Below are positions 46,128 to 55,487 of a stretch of 64,000 bases of DNA, piece after piece. The notes under the pieces are model-generated. The model searched no databases. It saw nothing but the letters and a program-made list of their open reading frames with translations, and had not been told where the DNA came from. The position numbers and the translations under genes are program-made. The first letter of the stretch is position 1. Each line of letters begins with the position of its first letter. The stretch is from an uncultured Lachnospiraceae bacterium (lineage in GTDB: Bacteria; Bacillota; Clostridia; Lachnospirales; Lachnospiraceae). The stretch lies in contig CAZMGH010000002.1 in assembly GCA_964565805.1 (NCBI GenBank), positions 46,084 to 110,083 on the forward strand, in the 5' to 3' direction.

Positions 46128-47159
46128 TCAGGCGCCTGGGCGCTTGCTTCTGGGAACAGAATTTCTCTTTACTAAAGATGTGGAAACCTCCGTTTTTAAA
46201 GGCGGCTGACCGGGATTGCGGATCAGGGAGATCAGACGGCTGGCCGCGGTTTCTCCCATGTACTTCTTGGGAACATGGACAGTAGTCAGGTTTGGCTCGA
46301 TCACACTGCTGATAGGCTGATTGTCAAAGCCGATCACCGCTATATCCTCGGGTATGCGCAGCCTGTGCTCCTTGAAGGCCTTAATGGCCCCTACGGCGAT
46401 CAGATCGTTATCGGCAAAGTAGCAGGAGGCCAAAGGTTCGCTGCTCTTTAGGATCTCCATCATGTCCGCGTAAGCTCCGTCTACAGATGGGGTCAGGTCA
46501 TGGACAATGGACTGGGAGGCAGACATGCCGGCGCTGCGGATGGCCTTGTAAAAACCGGCAGACCGCTGGGAAAAGTTATAAATATCATAGGCAGACCGAA
46601 GGTAGCCGGGTTGTTGGCTGCACTTTTGGATCAGGTAAGAAGTGGCCATATATGCTCCCTGAACATTATTGATCAGTACGCTGTCACAGGCAATGGATTC
46701 AAAATAAGTATCCAAAAGGACTAAGGGGAAGGGCAGCTTTAAAAATGGCTTCAAATCCCGGTCCGTCATCTCGGTGCCAAGAAGGATCATGCCGCAGCAG
46801 TCTGAACCTCGCATATCTTCCAACTGTCTTTGGATCACATCATCATCTTCATAAATATAGTTCACCTTCAGATTGTAGTCCTTATTTTTACATTCCAGGG
46901 AAATGCCCTCTGAAATCTGTGAAAAAAACGGTGTATCTGTCACCACAGCCCCATGTTTTTTATAAATGACCAGGTAGATCGATCCGGGGACCGGATGTTT
47001 TTCAGAAATCCTGGAAAAATCATAACCGTATTTTTCTGCTGTATCAAAAACAAGACGCCGGGTCGCGGTGCTGACGCCGGGTTTATGGTTTAAGGCCATG
47101 GACACAGCGGCAGGAGAAAGATTCAGTTTTTTTGCCAGCTCCTTTGCAGTAATACCCAT
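46128..47159 (-). CDS. LacI-family transcriptional regulator
   Basis: HTH ITAKELAKKLNLSPAAVSMALN; NDLIAVGA, IPEDIAVIGFD, PNLTTVH. Confidence 0.92.
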   Translation of the reverse strand: MGITAKELAKKLNLSPAAVSMALNHKPGVSTATRRLVFDTAEKYGYDFSRISEKHPVPGSIYLVIYKKHGAVVTDTPFFSQISEGISLECKNKDYNLKVNYIYEDDDVIQRQLEDMRGSDCCGMILLGTEMTDRDLKPFLKLPFPLVLLDTYFESIACDSVLINNVQGAYMATSYLIQKCSQQPGYLRSAYDIYNFSQRSAGFYKAIRSAGMSASQSIVHDLTPSVDGAYADMMEILKSSEPLASCYFADNDLIAVGAIKAFKEHRLRIPEDIAVIGFDNQPISSVIEPNLTTVHVPKKYMGETAASRLISLIRNPGQPPLKTEVSTSLVKRNSVPRSKRPGA

Positions 47160-47267
47160 CACATCCACCCTTTCTTTCGTTCATAGTATCATCGGTTCGT
47201 GTTCTTATAAAATCCTTTGAGACATTTTTCTAATATACAGTATGCCTGATTTGATTTGTAAAATCAA

Positions 47268-47302
47268 TAATTAAGTTAATAATTAAGTTAGATTTACTTA
47301 AT
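47268..47302. promoter_or_regulatory. Candidate operator in the divergent LacI/isomerase intergenic region
   Basis: Tandem TAATTAAGTTA x2 and palindrome ATTAAGT-N7-ACTTAAT just before TATAAT; the AT-rich context weakens the case. Confidence 0.4.
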
Positions 47303-47446
47303 ATTATAATGAAATTAAGCTGAATTAGGGATATACTTAATTCGGACATTAGATAGAACGCACAAATAAATCACAAAACGAAAAATAAATTCATGCATTT
47401 CGTTTATGTTTTAAAGGGAAATTCTATTTCCCGGAAAGGAGCTAAC

Positions 47447-48847
47447 ATGAAGAAAATTAAGTTGGGCTATGCACCTACAAGAAGAAGCATTTTCAGCGCG
47501 CCGGATGCCATTAAGTTCCGGGGGCTGACAGCCGACCGGTTAAAAGAACTGGGCGTGGATTTTGTAGACATTACAGACATTAATGAAGAGGGACTTCTTT
47601 ACGATGATAATGATGTGGACAAGATCGTTGCAAAGTTTAAAGCCGAAGGAGTAGATGGCCTGCTTTTGGCTCACTGTAATTTTGGTACAGAATTTGTCTG
47701 TGCCCGTTTGGCTAAAAAGCTGGGTGTTCCGGTGCTTTTATGGGGACCGTTAGATGAGCGCCCGGATGAAAACGGCGTGCGTCTTCGCGATACCCAGTGC
47801 GGACTGTTTGCTACAGGCAAGGTGCTCCGCCGGTTCAGAGTTCCTTTTACATATCTGACCAACTGCCGTTTAAATGATCCGGTATTTGAGCGGGGCGTTA
47901 AGGATTTCCTTGCCGTATGTAATGTCGTTAAGACCTTTAAAAATATCCGTATCCTTCAGATTTCCACCCGTCCTTTTGAATTTTGGACCACCATGTGCAA
48001 CGAAGGAGAGCTTTTGGAAAAATTTAATATTCAGCTTTCCCCCATCCCTATGACTGAGCTGACCCAGCAAATCAAGACGGTGAAGAAAGATGCTGACCGT
48101 ATGGCGAAGATGATGGCTTACATCGGCGAAACTATGGAAATTAAGATCAAGGAAAATGAAACCGAAATGGTGGCGGCCCTTGCCCTGGCTATGGAAGATC
48201 TTGTGGCTAAGTACGGATGTCAGGCCGCTGCGATCCAGTGCTGGAACGCGCTTCAGACAGAAATCGGCATTATGCCCTGCGCGGCAAACGCCATCTTAAA
48301 TGAGCAGGGTATCCCGGTAGTATGCGAGACAGATATTCACGGAGCAATTACCGCTCTTATGGTGGAAGCCGCCGGTATGGGCGAGAAGCGCAGCTTCTTT
48401 GCAGACTGGACCATCCGTCATCCGGATATTGAAAACGGTGAGCTCCTTCAGCACTGCGGCCCATGGCCTGTGTCTGTAGCTAAGGAAAAACCACAGCTGA
48501 CCTATCCGTTGGCCTTTGATCATCCGGGCAGCCTGACCGCTGAGGCAAAGCATGGAGACGTGACGCTCTGCCGCTTTGACGGAGATAACGGGGAATATTC
48601 CCTTCTTCTTGGAACCGCCAAGGGGGTAGACGGCCCAACATGTATGGGAACCTACCTTTGGGTTGAAGTGGAAAATATTAAACGCCTGGAAGCAAAGATC
48701 GTAGAAGGCCCATATATCCATCACTGCGTCGGCATCCATAAAAATGTTGTGCCTGTTTTGTATGAGGCATGTAAATATATCGGGGTAAAACCGGATTTCT
48801 ATGATCCTATTGAAGAGGATGTAAAGGCATATCTCCGGGGCGAATGA
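47447..48847 (+). CDS. L-fucose/L-arabinose isomerase-family sugar isomerase
   Basis: HCNFGTE, RLRDTQCG, AIQCW, CETDIHGA, LQHCG, GPYIHH. Confidence 0.85.
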   Translation: MKKIKLGYAPTRRSIFSAPDAIKFRGLTADRLKELGVDFVDITDINEEGLLYDDNDVDKIVAKFKAEGVDGLLLAHCNFGTEFVCARLAKKLGVPVLLWGPLDERPDENGVRLRDTQCGLFATGKVLRRFRVPFTYLTNCRLNDPVFERGVKDFLAVCNVVKTFKNIRILQISTRPFEFWTTMCNEGELLEKFNIQLSPIPMTELTQQIKTVKKDADRMAKMMAYIGETMEIKIKENETEMVAALALAMEDLVAKYGCQAAAIQCWNALQTEIGIMPCAANAILNEQGIPVVCETDIHGAITALMVEAAGMGEKRSFFADWTIRHPDIENGELLQHCGPWPVSVAKEKPQLTYPLAFDHPGSLTAEAKHGDVTLCRFDGDNGEYSLLLGTAKGVDGPTCMGTYLWVEVENIKRLEAKIVEGPYIHHCVGIHKNVVPVLYEACKYIGVKPDFYDPIEEDVKAYLRGE

Positions 48848-48884
48848 TCCGCGGGGGGATGTAAACGGAAGGGAAGTGCAGGAT

Positions 48885-49712
48885 ATGAATTTAAACGCAT
48901 TGGCATATGAGTTAAGACAAGATGTTGTAGATATTATCATGGCCGGGAAGAGCGGACATATCGGCGGCGATATGAGCGTTATGGAGGTTCTTGTAGAGCT
49001 TTATTTTGATCAGATGAACGTTGGTCCGGATATGGCAGATGATGAAGACCGGGATCTGTTTGTATTAAGCAAGGGCCATTCCATGGAGGCATATTACGCT
49101 GTCCTGGCTAAAAAAGGTTTCCTGGACAAAGAAGATATTCTTGCCCGTTTCAGCAAGTTTGGTTCTCCTTATATTGGCCATCCCAACAATAAGCTTTCCG
49201 GCATTGAGATGAACTCCGGTTCTCTTGGCCACGGGCTTCCGGTTTGCGTAGGCATGGCTCTGGCGGCAAAAATGGACGGAAAGTCCCGCCGGGTTTATGT
49301 GGTCATGGGTGACGGCGAGCTGGCTGAAGGCTCTGTATGGGAAGGGGCTATGGCAGCGCACCAGTACAAGCTGGATAACTTATGCGCTGTTGTAGACCGG
49401 AACCGTCTCCAGATTTCCGGAAATACAGAAGACGTTATGGGTCATGATGATCTTCATGAACGGTTCAGAAGTTTTGGCTGGCATGTCATTGATGTGGCAG
49501 ACGGAAATGACATTGGTCAGCTCCACGCTGCCTTTGAAGAGGCAAAGACCATTAAGGGACAGCCGACAGTGCTTATTGCCAATACAGTGAAGGGCAAAGG
49601 CTCATCCATTATGGAAAATAAAGCCGCATGGCATCACAAAGTTCCTACCCAGGAAGAGTATGATACGATCATGAAAGATCTTAAAGCAGCAAAGGAGGCA
49701 TTGGAAGCATGA
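48885..49712 (+). CDS. Split transketolase, N-terminal (TPP-binding) subunit
   Basis: GHIGG, LSKGH, SGSLGHG, GDGE...DRN, TVKGKG. Confidence 0.92.
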   Translation: MNLNALAYELRQDVVDIIMAGKSGHIGGDMSVMEVLVELYFDQMNVGPDMADDEDRDLFVLSKGHSMEAYYAVLAKKGFLDKEDILARFSKFGSPYIGHPNNKLSGIEMNSGSLGHGLPVCVGMALAAKMDGKSRRVYVVMGDGELAEGSVWEGAMAAHQYKLDNLCAVVDRNRLQISGNTEDVMGHDDLHERFRSFGWHVIDVADGNDIGQLHAAFEEAKTIKGQPTVLIANTVKGKGSSIMENKAAWHHKVPTQEEYDTIMKDLKAAKEALEA

Positions 49713-50644
49713 GTAAGATTGCCAATAAACAGATGATCTGTGAAGTTTTAATGGAAGCAGCAAAAACAGATAAAAATATCGTAGCCCTTTGCAGCGATTC
49801 CAGAGGCAGTGGTTCTTTTACCCCTTTTGCCAATGAATATCCTCAGCAGTTTGTTGAAACCGGCATTGCGGAGCAGGATCTTGTAAGCATTGCCTCAGGC
49901 CTTGCCAAGTGCGGCAAAAAGGCCTATGCTGTATCCCCTGCCTGCTTTTTATCCGCAAGAAGCTATGAACAGTGTAAGATCGATGTGGCTTACTCCAATA
50001 CAAATGTAAAGCTCATCGGTATCAGCGGCGGCGTCAGCTACGGCGCCCTTGGCATGAGCCATCACTCTGCCCAGGATATTGCGTGTATGAGTTCCATTCC
50101 AAATATGCGGGTATATATCCCCAGCGACCATCTTCAGACAAAAGAACTGACAAAAGCCCTTTTGCAGGATGAAAAGCCAGCCTATATCCGTGTAGGCCGC
50201 AATGCGGTGGATCCGGTCTATGAGGAAGGCAATGTACCTTTTGAAATGGATAAGGCCACAGTTCTCTGCGAAGGAGATGATATAGCCATTATTGCCTGCG
50301 GGGAAATGGTAAAGCCGGCCAAAGACGCGGCTGCGCTTCTGGAAAAAGAAGGCATCCATGCTGCAGTTTTGGATATGTACTGTGTAAAACCTATGGATGA
50401 GGCTGCTGTGGTAAAAGCAGCGAAAAACGCTAAAGCAGTAATCACTGTGGAAGAACATTCGCCTTTTGGCGGACTTGGTTCCATGGTGGCCCAGGTGGTT
50501 TCCAGAGAGTGTCCCAGGAAAGTATGGAATATGTCCCTGCCGGATGCTCCCGTGATTACAGGAACTTCCCGGGAAGTATTTAACTACTACGGACTGATTG
50601 CTGAAGGCATTGCCGCAAAGGCTAAGGAAATGCTTGTAGAATAA
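49709..50644 (+). CDS. Split transketolase, C-terminal subunit
   Basis: ETGIAEQ, GMSHHS, YIRVGR, TVEEH..GGLGS. Confidence 0.92.
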   Translation: MSKIANKQMICEVLMEAAKTDKNIVALCSDSRGSGSFTPFANEYPQQFVETGIAEQDLVSIASGLAKCGKKAYAVSPACFLSARSYEQCKIDVAYSNTNVKLIGISGGVSYGALGMSHHSAQDIACMSSIPNMRVYIPSDHLQTKELTKALLQDEKPAYIRVGRNAVDPVYEEGNVPFEMDKATVLCEGDDIAIIACGEMVKPAKDAAALLEKEGIHAAVLDMYCVKPMDEAAVVKAAKNAKAVITVEEHSPFGGLGSMVAQVVSRECPRKVWNMSLPDAPVITGTSREVFNYYGLIAEGIAAKAKEMLVE

Positions 50645-50655
50645 AGGGGGCAGCC

Positions 50656-52137
50656 ATGTCAGGAAAATATATTATCGGCATTGATCAAAGTACTCAGGGA
50701 ACAAAGGTCATGCTTTTTGACGAAAAAGGAGGGATCCTGGCCCGCAGAGACACCCCTCATCGCCAGATCGTTAATGAAAAAGGCTGGGTTTCCCATGATG
50801 CTGAAGAAATTTATCATAATACAGTGGCTACAGTGACGGCTCTCATTCGGGAAGAGGGCGTTGATACCGGCGCCGTTGCCGGTGTGGGGATCAGCAACCA
50901 GCGGGAAACATCCCTGATCTGGGATAAGGTAACAGGAAAGCCTTTAGATTATGCTGTGGTTTGGCAGTGCTCCCGGGCTGGAAATGTATGCGCCAGAGTC
51001 CAGGCTGCAGGAATGGCGGAGCCGGTTTATGAAAAGACCGGATTAAAGCTTTCCCCTTATTTTCCCGCGTCAAAGCTGGCCTGGCTTTTGGAAAATGTTC
51101 CCGGGGCAAAGGAGAAGGCTGCCTGTCATGAGGTATGCTTTGGTACCATTGACACATGGCTGATCTACTGTCTTACCGGCGGGAAATCCTATAAAACCGA
51201 TTATTCCAACGCATCCCGCACACAGCTGTTTAATATTTTTGACTTAAAGTGGGATGAGGAGATCTGCCGGGCCTTTGGCATAAATCCCGGGGATCTAGCC
51301 CAGGTGTGCTATTCAGACAGCTGTTTTGGGGAAACGGATTTTGAAGGATTGTTAGAAAATCCTGTGCCTATCCACGGCGTTCTTGGAGATTCCCACGGCG
51401 CCCTTCTCGGTCAGGGCTGCATCCGTCCTGGTATGATCAAGACCACTTACGGAACCGGATCGTCGATTATGATGAACATTGGCCAAAAGCCCATTCTTTC
51501 CACCCATGGGGTGGTCACTTCTCTGGCTTGGGGCCTGAATGGAAAAGTGGACTATGTGCTGGAAGGAAATATTAATTACACCGGAGCGGTCATGACCTGG
51601 TTAAAGGATGATGTGCAGCTGATCCAGAATCCGGGTGAGACTCAGGACTGGTGCTATAAGGCCCGCCCGGATGACCATTTATACTTTATCCCTGCCTTTA
51701 CCGGTCTGGGAGCGCCTTACTGGGACAGCGAGGCCCAGGGGATGCTCCTTGGCATTAACCGGACCACAGGAAAAGCGGAAATCGTCCGTGCCTGTGTGGA
51801 ATGTATCGCCTATCAGATCACGGATGTGATCCGGGCCATGAGCCAGGACGCGGGGATTCCGGTCCAGGAGCTGCGTGTCGATGGCGGTCCTACAAAAAAC
51901 ACTTATTTGATGCAGTTCCAAAGCGACATATTAAATGCCGACGTTTTAGTGCCGGATTCGGAAGCCCTTTCCTGCATGGGCGCAGCTTATGCGGCTGGCT
52001 TTGGACTGGGACTTTATGGTACAGGGATTTTTGACCTGTTAAAGCGAGAGAAATATGAACCTAAGATGGATGAGACTACCCGTTGGGATAAATATCAGGG
52101 CTGGAAGGAGGCCATCCAAAAGGTACTGACCCATTAA
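50656..52137 (+). CDS. FGGY-family carbohydrate kinase (glycerol-kinase-like)
   Basis: IDQSTQGTK, SNQRET, WQCSR, DYSNASRT, GDSH, PAFTGLGAPYWD, VDGG. Confidence 0.9.
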   Translation: MSGKYIIGIDQSTQGTKVMLFDEKGGILARRDTPHRQIVNEKGWVSHDAEEIYHNTVATVTALIREEGVDTGAVAGVGISNQRETSLIWDKVTGKPLDYAVVWQCSRAGNVCARVQAAGMAEPVYEKTGLKLSPYFPASKLAWLLENVPGAKEKAACHEVCFGTIDTWLIYCLTGGKSYKTDYSNASRTQLFNIFDLKWDEEICRAFGINPGDLAQVCYSDSCFGETDFEGLLENPVPIHGVLGDSHGALLGQGCIRPGMIKTTYGTGSSIMMNIGQKPILSTHGVVTSLAWGLNGKVDYVLEGNINYTGAVMTWLKDDVQLIQNPGETQDWCYKARPDDHLYFIPAFTGLGAPYWDSEAQGMLLGINRTTGKAEIVRACVECIAYQITDVIRAMSQDAGIPVQELRVDGGPTKNTYLMQFQSDILNADVLVPDSEALSCMGAAYAAGFGLGLYGTGIFDLLKREKYEPKMDETTRWDKYQGWKEAIQKVLTH

Positions 52138-52193
52138 ACGAAACATTTCCTCGGCTTTTGCGGCCGGGGAGGATATACAGGAGGAGGTTTGCC

Positions 52194-53120
52194 ATGTTTG
52201 AATATGATTTTAAAGTGCCTGAGAAAAAGAAGATCCGTCTGATCGTCCACACAGACTGTAAAAATGAGGCAGATGACCAGTTTGCCCTGGCCCATCATCT
52301 TATGACCCCTAAATTTATGGTTAAAGGCATCGTGGCCGGTCATTTTGAAAAAAATCCTCAGGAATACGGACCGGGCAATACAGTTTATGCCAGCCGGGAT
52401 GAGATCTTTAAAGTATTATCCTTAATGGGCATTGAAGATGAATGTAAGGATAAGGTGTTTATCGGAGCCACAGGCCCCATGGCAGATGAAAACACACCTA
52501 TTGACTCTCAGGGCGCACGGTATATCATTGAAGAAGCGATGAAAGAGGATGAGCATCCTCTGTTTGCGGTTTTCCAGGGATGTCTTACGGATCTGGCGTC
52601 GGCCATTTTGTTAAAGCCGGAGATCTGTAACCGGATGACAGCGGTATGGATCGGCGGCGGCAAGTACCCGGGCGGTGGACAGGAGTTTAATCTTTTCCAG
52701 GATATTAATGCCGCCAATGTAGTTTTTAAGTCCGCCATGCCCTTATGGCAGATCCCTATTAATGTTTATAAGCAGATCGCTGTATCCTTAACCGAGCTTT
52801 CACGCCGGGTAAAGCCCTGCGGCGAAATTGGCAAATATTTGTTTGAGCAGATGGTGGCCTTTAACGATAAATGCGCGGATATTACCTTCTGGCCTCACGG
52901 TGAAAGCTGGGGACTGGGAGATCAGGGCACAGTGACGGTCCTTCTGGAAGAGCGGGAGCGAATGAATTATGACTGGATTCCGGCGCCGGCGATTTCCAAA
53001 GAGATGATGTATATTCACGGCCAAAACAACCGCCCCATCCGGGTTTATCATACGTTGGACGCCCGTCTGACTATGGAAGATTTTTATGCTAAACTGGAGC
53101 ATAACTTTAAAAAAGATTAA
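52194..53120 (+). CDS. Nucleoside-hydrolase-like (IUNH fold) protein
   Basis: TDCKNEADDQFAL metal-binding variant, GCLTDLA, WIGGG, EFNLFQD..AA, WGLGD. Confidence 0.8.
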   Translation: MFEYDFKVPEKKKIRLIVHTDCKNEADDQFALAHHLMTPKFMVKGIVAGHFEKNPQEYGPGNTVYASRDEIFKVLSLMGIEDECKDKVFIGATGPMADENTPIDSQGARYIIEEAMKEDEHPLFAVFQGCLTDLASAILLKPEICNRMTAVWIGGGKYPGGGQEFNLFQDINAANVVFKSAMPLWQIPINVYKQIAVSLTELSRRVKPCGEIGKYLFEQMVAFNDKCADITFWPHGESWGLGDQGTVTVLLEERERMNYDWIPAPAISKEMMYIHGQNNRPIRVYHTLDARLTMEDFYAKLEHNFKKD

Positions 53121-53268
53121 AGTGTGCCCGGGGATTGCCAAATCGCCTGTTGGATCATACAGGTCCGCGTATTTGTGTACCAGTACGGCATCAGGCGTCA
53201 GCCAGCGGAAACGGTTTTAGCTTTTGCAGGCTGATTTTGCGCAATTTTCTTAATTTGCTCATTTCTAG

Positions 53269-53314
53269 ACATAAAAATGCCTGAATCTTAAAAAAGAATC
53301 AGGCATTTTTATGT
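53269..53314. terminator. Bidirectional terminator between convergent genes
   Basis: ACATAAAAATGCCTGA...TCAGGCATTTTTATGT. Confidence 0.75.
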
Positions 53315-53398
53315 AAGATTTTACGTTTCAGGGTCAGGCGTCAAAAGACATTTCCCATGTGCGGGCACAGCCTTTATGACCTTCTGCCTCTGGAATGA

Positions 53399-54544
53399 TT
53401 ACATTAATTTGCGGAACAGAGCTTTAAGATCTTCCACATTTGTATCTTTAGGATTGCCCGGGCAGCATGCGTCAGCAAATGCGGATTCTGCAAGGAAGTC
53501 AAGGTCTTCTTCCTTCAGAGCGTCCAGTTTTGCAGGGATTCCTACATCAGCAGACAGTTTGCTGACAGCGTCGATGGCAGCTTTTCTGTATTCATCCTGG
53601 CTCATGGAATCTACATTGGCAACGCCCATAGCTCTGGCGATTTCACGGTATTTTTCGCCGGTATATTCCTGATTGTATTCCATAACGATGGGAAGCATCA
53701 TCGCGCACGCAACACCGTGAGGCGTATCATATACAGCGCCGAGGGTATGTGCCATAGAGTGAGCAATACCAAGACCTACATTGGAAAAGCCCATGCCGGC
53801 GATATATTGGCCGAGAGCCATGCCTTCTCTGCCTTCTTTTTTGTTGTCCACAGCATCTCTTAAAGATCTGGAAATGATCTCAATGGCTTTTAAGTGGAAC
53901 ATATCTGTCATTTCCCAGGCTGCCTTTGTTGTATAGCCTTCAATGGCATGAGTCAGAGCATCCATACCGGTAGCAGCAGTAAGTCCTTTAGGCATGGTAG
54001 ACATCATATCCGGATCAACGATGGCAATGATAGGCATATCATGAGGGTCAACGCAAACAAATTTACGTTTTCTTTCCACATCAGTGATAACGTAGTTGAT
54101 GGTTACTTCAGCAGCAGTACCCGCCGTCGTTGGAACTGCGATGATAGGCACGCAGGGATTCTTTGTGGGAGCTGTGCCTTCAAGGCTGCGCACATCTTCA
54201 AATTCAGGGTTAGCAATGATAATACCAATGGCTTTGGAAGTATCCATGGAGGAACCGCCGCCAATAGCAATAATATAGTCAGCGCCTGCGGCTTTAAATG
54301 CAGCAACGCCTTCTTTTACATTCTCGATTGTAGGATTTGCTTTGATCTTAGAATAAATCTCATAATCCAGGCCTTCCTTGTCAAGAATATCGGTTACTTT
54401 TTTAGTAACATTAAATTTGATCAGATCCGGGTCGGAGCATACAAGCGCTTTTTTAAAGCCATGCGCCTTAGCTTCCCCAGCAATTTCGGAAATGGCTCCT
54501 GCGCCGTGATAGGATGTTTCGTTTAACATGATTCTGTTTGCCAT
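53399..54544 (-). CDS. fucO: Lactaldehyde reductase (iron-containing alcohol dehydrogenase)
   Basis: MANRIMLNETSYHG, GGGSSMD, PTTAGTAAE, DALTHAIE, GLGIAHSMAH, PHGVAC. Confidence 0.9.
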   Translation of the reverse strand: MANRIMLNETSYHGAGAISEIAGEAKAHGFKKALVCSDPDLIKFNVTKKVTDILDKEGLDYEIYSKIKANPTIENVKEGVAAFKAAGADYIIAIGGGSSMDTSKAIGIIIANPEFEDVRSLEGTAPTKNPCVPIIAVPTTAGTAAEVTINYVITDVERKRKFVCVDPHDMPIIAIVDPDMMSTMPKGLTAATGMDALTHAIEGYTTKAAWEMTDMFHLKAIEIISRSLRDAVDNKKEGREGMALGQYIAGMGFSNVGLGIAHSMAHTLGAVYDTPHGVACAMMLPIVMEYNQEYTGEKYREIARAMGVANVDSMSQDEYRKAAIDAVSKLSADVGIPAKLDALKEEDLDFLAESAFADACCPGNPKDTNVEDLKALFRKLM

Positions 54545-54592
54545 AAAAATCTCTCCTTTTTTATAAAACCTGCAGGGAATTTATAATTGTCC

Positions 54593-54610
54593 CTGTTATG
54601 ATTTTAACAA
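54593..54610. promoter_or_regulatory. Putative Rex operator upstream of fucO
   Basis: CTGTTATGATTTTAACAA matches 12 of 14 conserved positions of TTGTTAANNNNTTAACAA. Confidence 0.55.
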
Positions 54611-54625
54611 TAATTACAAAAAAAT

Positions 54626-54657
54626 AAAAGTTACACAAGAAGATAAGTGTAACTTTT
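54626..54657. promoter_or_regulatory. Perfect 11-bp inverted repeat upstream of fucO
   Basis: AAAAGTTACAC-N10-GTGTAACTTTT between the TetR gene end and fucO; could be an operator or a weak terminator. Confidence 0.5.
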
Positions 54658-54717
54658 CACAGAAATTTAATAAAAGCTTTTGTGCCCTTAATTGTAATTG
54701 CGGCGGGGCAGGATAGT

Positions 54718-55284
54718 TTATAAAAGCCCCAGCCGGGCAAACAGCTTTTCCAATTTTCCGGGCATGGCCTGAGTGAGCAAATCCGCCATCCGTTCCGGCG
54801 TTTCTTTCATGCCGGTAAGAACCCACTTTACAGTCATATAAACAGAACTATAGCAGTACATTTCCAAAATAAAGCCCATTTCCTCATCCATAGCCCGTCC
54901 GGTTTTCTGGCAGATCAGTTCGGTATAAAACTGGAGGATATGCGTAAAATCGTGTTCTTTCAGGGAATTATGATCATCTGAGCGGAAAGCTCCCGCAAAA
55001 AAGATCCGTTCTTTCTGAATGAATTTAAACTTTCGGATCAGCCCTTCGGTGACGGTTTTTCCGCTGCCCATATGCTCAAAGGATTCCAGGAGCAGTTTGT
55101 CAAAGTACCAGTTGATCAGATCGTATTTATCTAAAAAGTTCCGGTAAAATGTCTGACGGCTTACGCCGCAGCAGTCCGCGATCTGACGGACGGTAATGCT
55201 GTCTACGGGAGTCGTCTGCATACATTCCTTCACAGCCCTGGCAAGACGGTATTTGGTTTGCTCTTTTTTTTCACTGACAGCCAT
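54718..55284 (-). CDS. TetR/AcrR-family regulator (DhaS-like)
   Basis: HTH ITVRQIADCCGVSRQTFYRNFLDKYDLINW. Confidence 0.9.
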   Translation of the reverse strand: MAVSEKKEQTKYRLARAVKECMQTTPVDSITVRQIADCCGVSRQTFYRNFLDKYDLINWYFDKLLLESFEHMGSGKTVTEGLIRKFKFIQKERIFFAGAFRSDDHNSLKEHDFTHILQFYTELICQKTGRAMDEEMGFILEMYCYSSVYMTVKWVLTGMKETPERMADLLTQAMPGKLEKLFARLGLL

Positions 55285-55487
55285 GTTTCCACTCCCTTCT
55301 GAAATATCCCATCGCTGAAGACGATTTTAAATGTTTTTTCATGCAATGCTGAACAGGCGCCACTGGCGCCTAGCTAGTATCATGTAATGAACTGCTTCAA
55401 TTTTAGATGATTCCTGAGATGTTGTCAATGATATTAGCCATTGATTTTAGTCAGAGGCCTATTGTATAATAAGGAAAAGAAGGGAGC

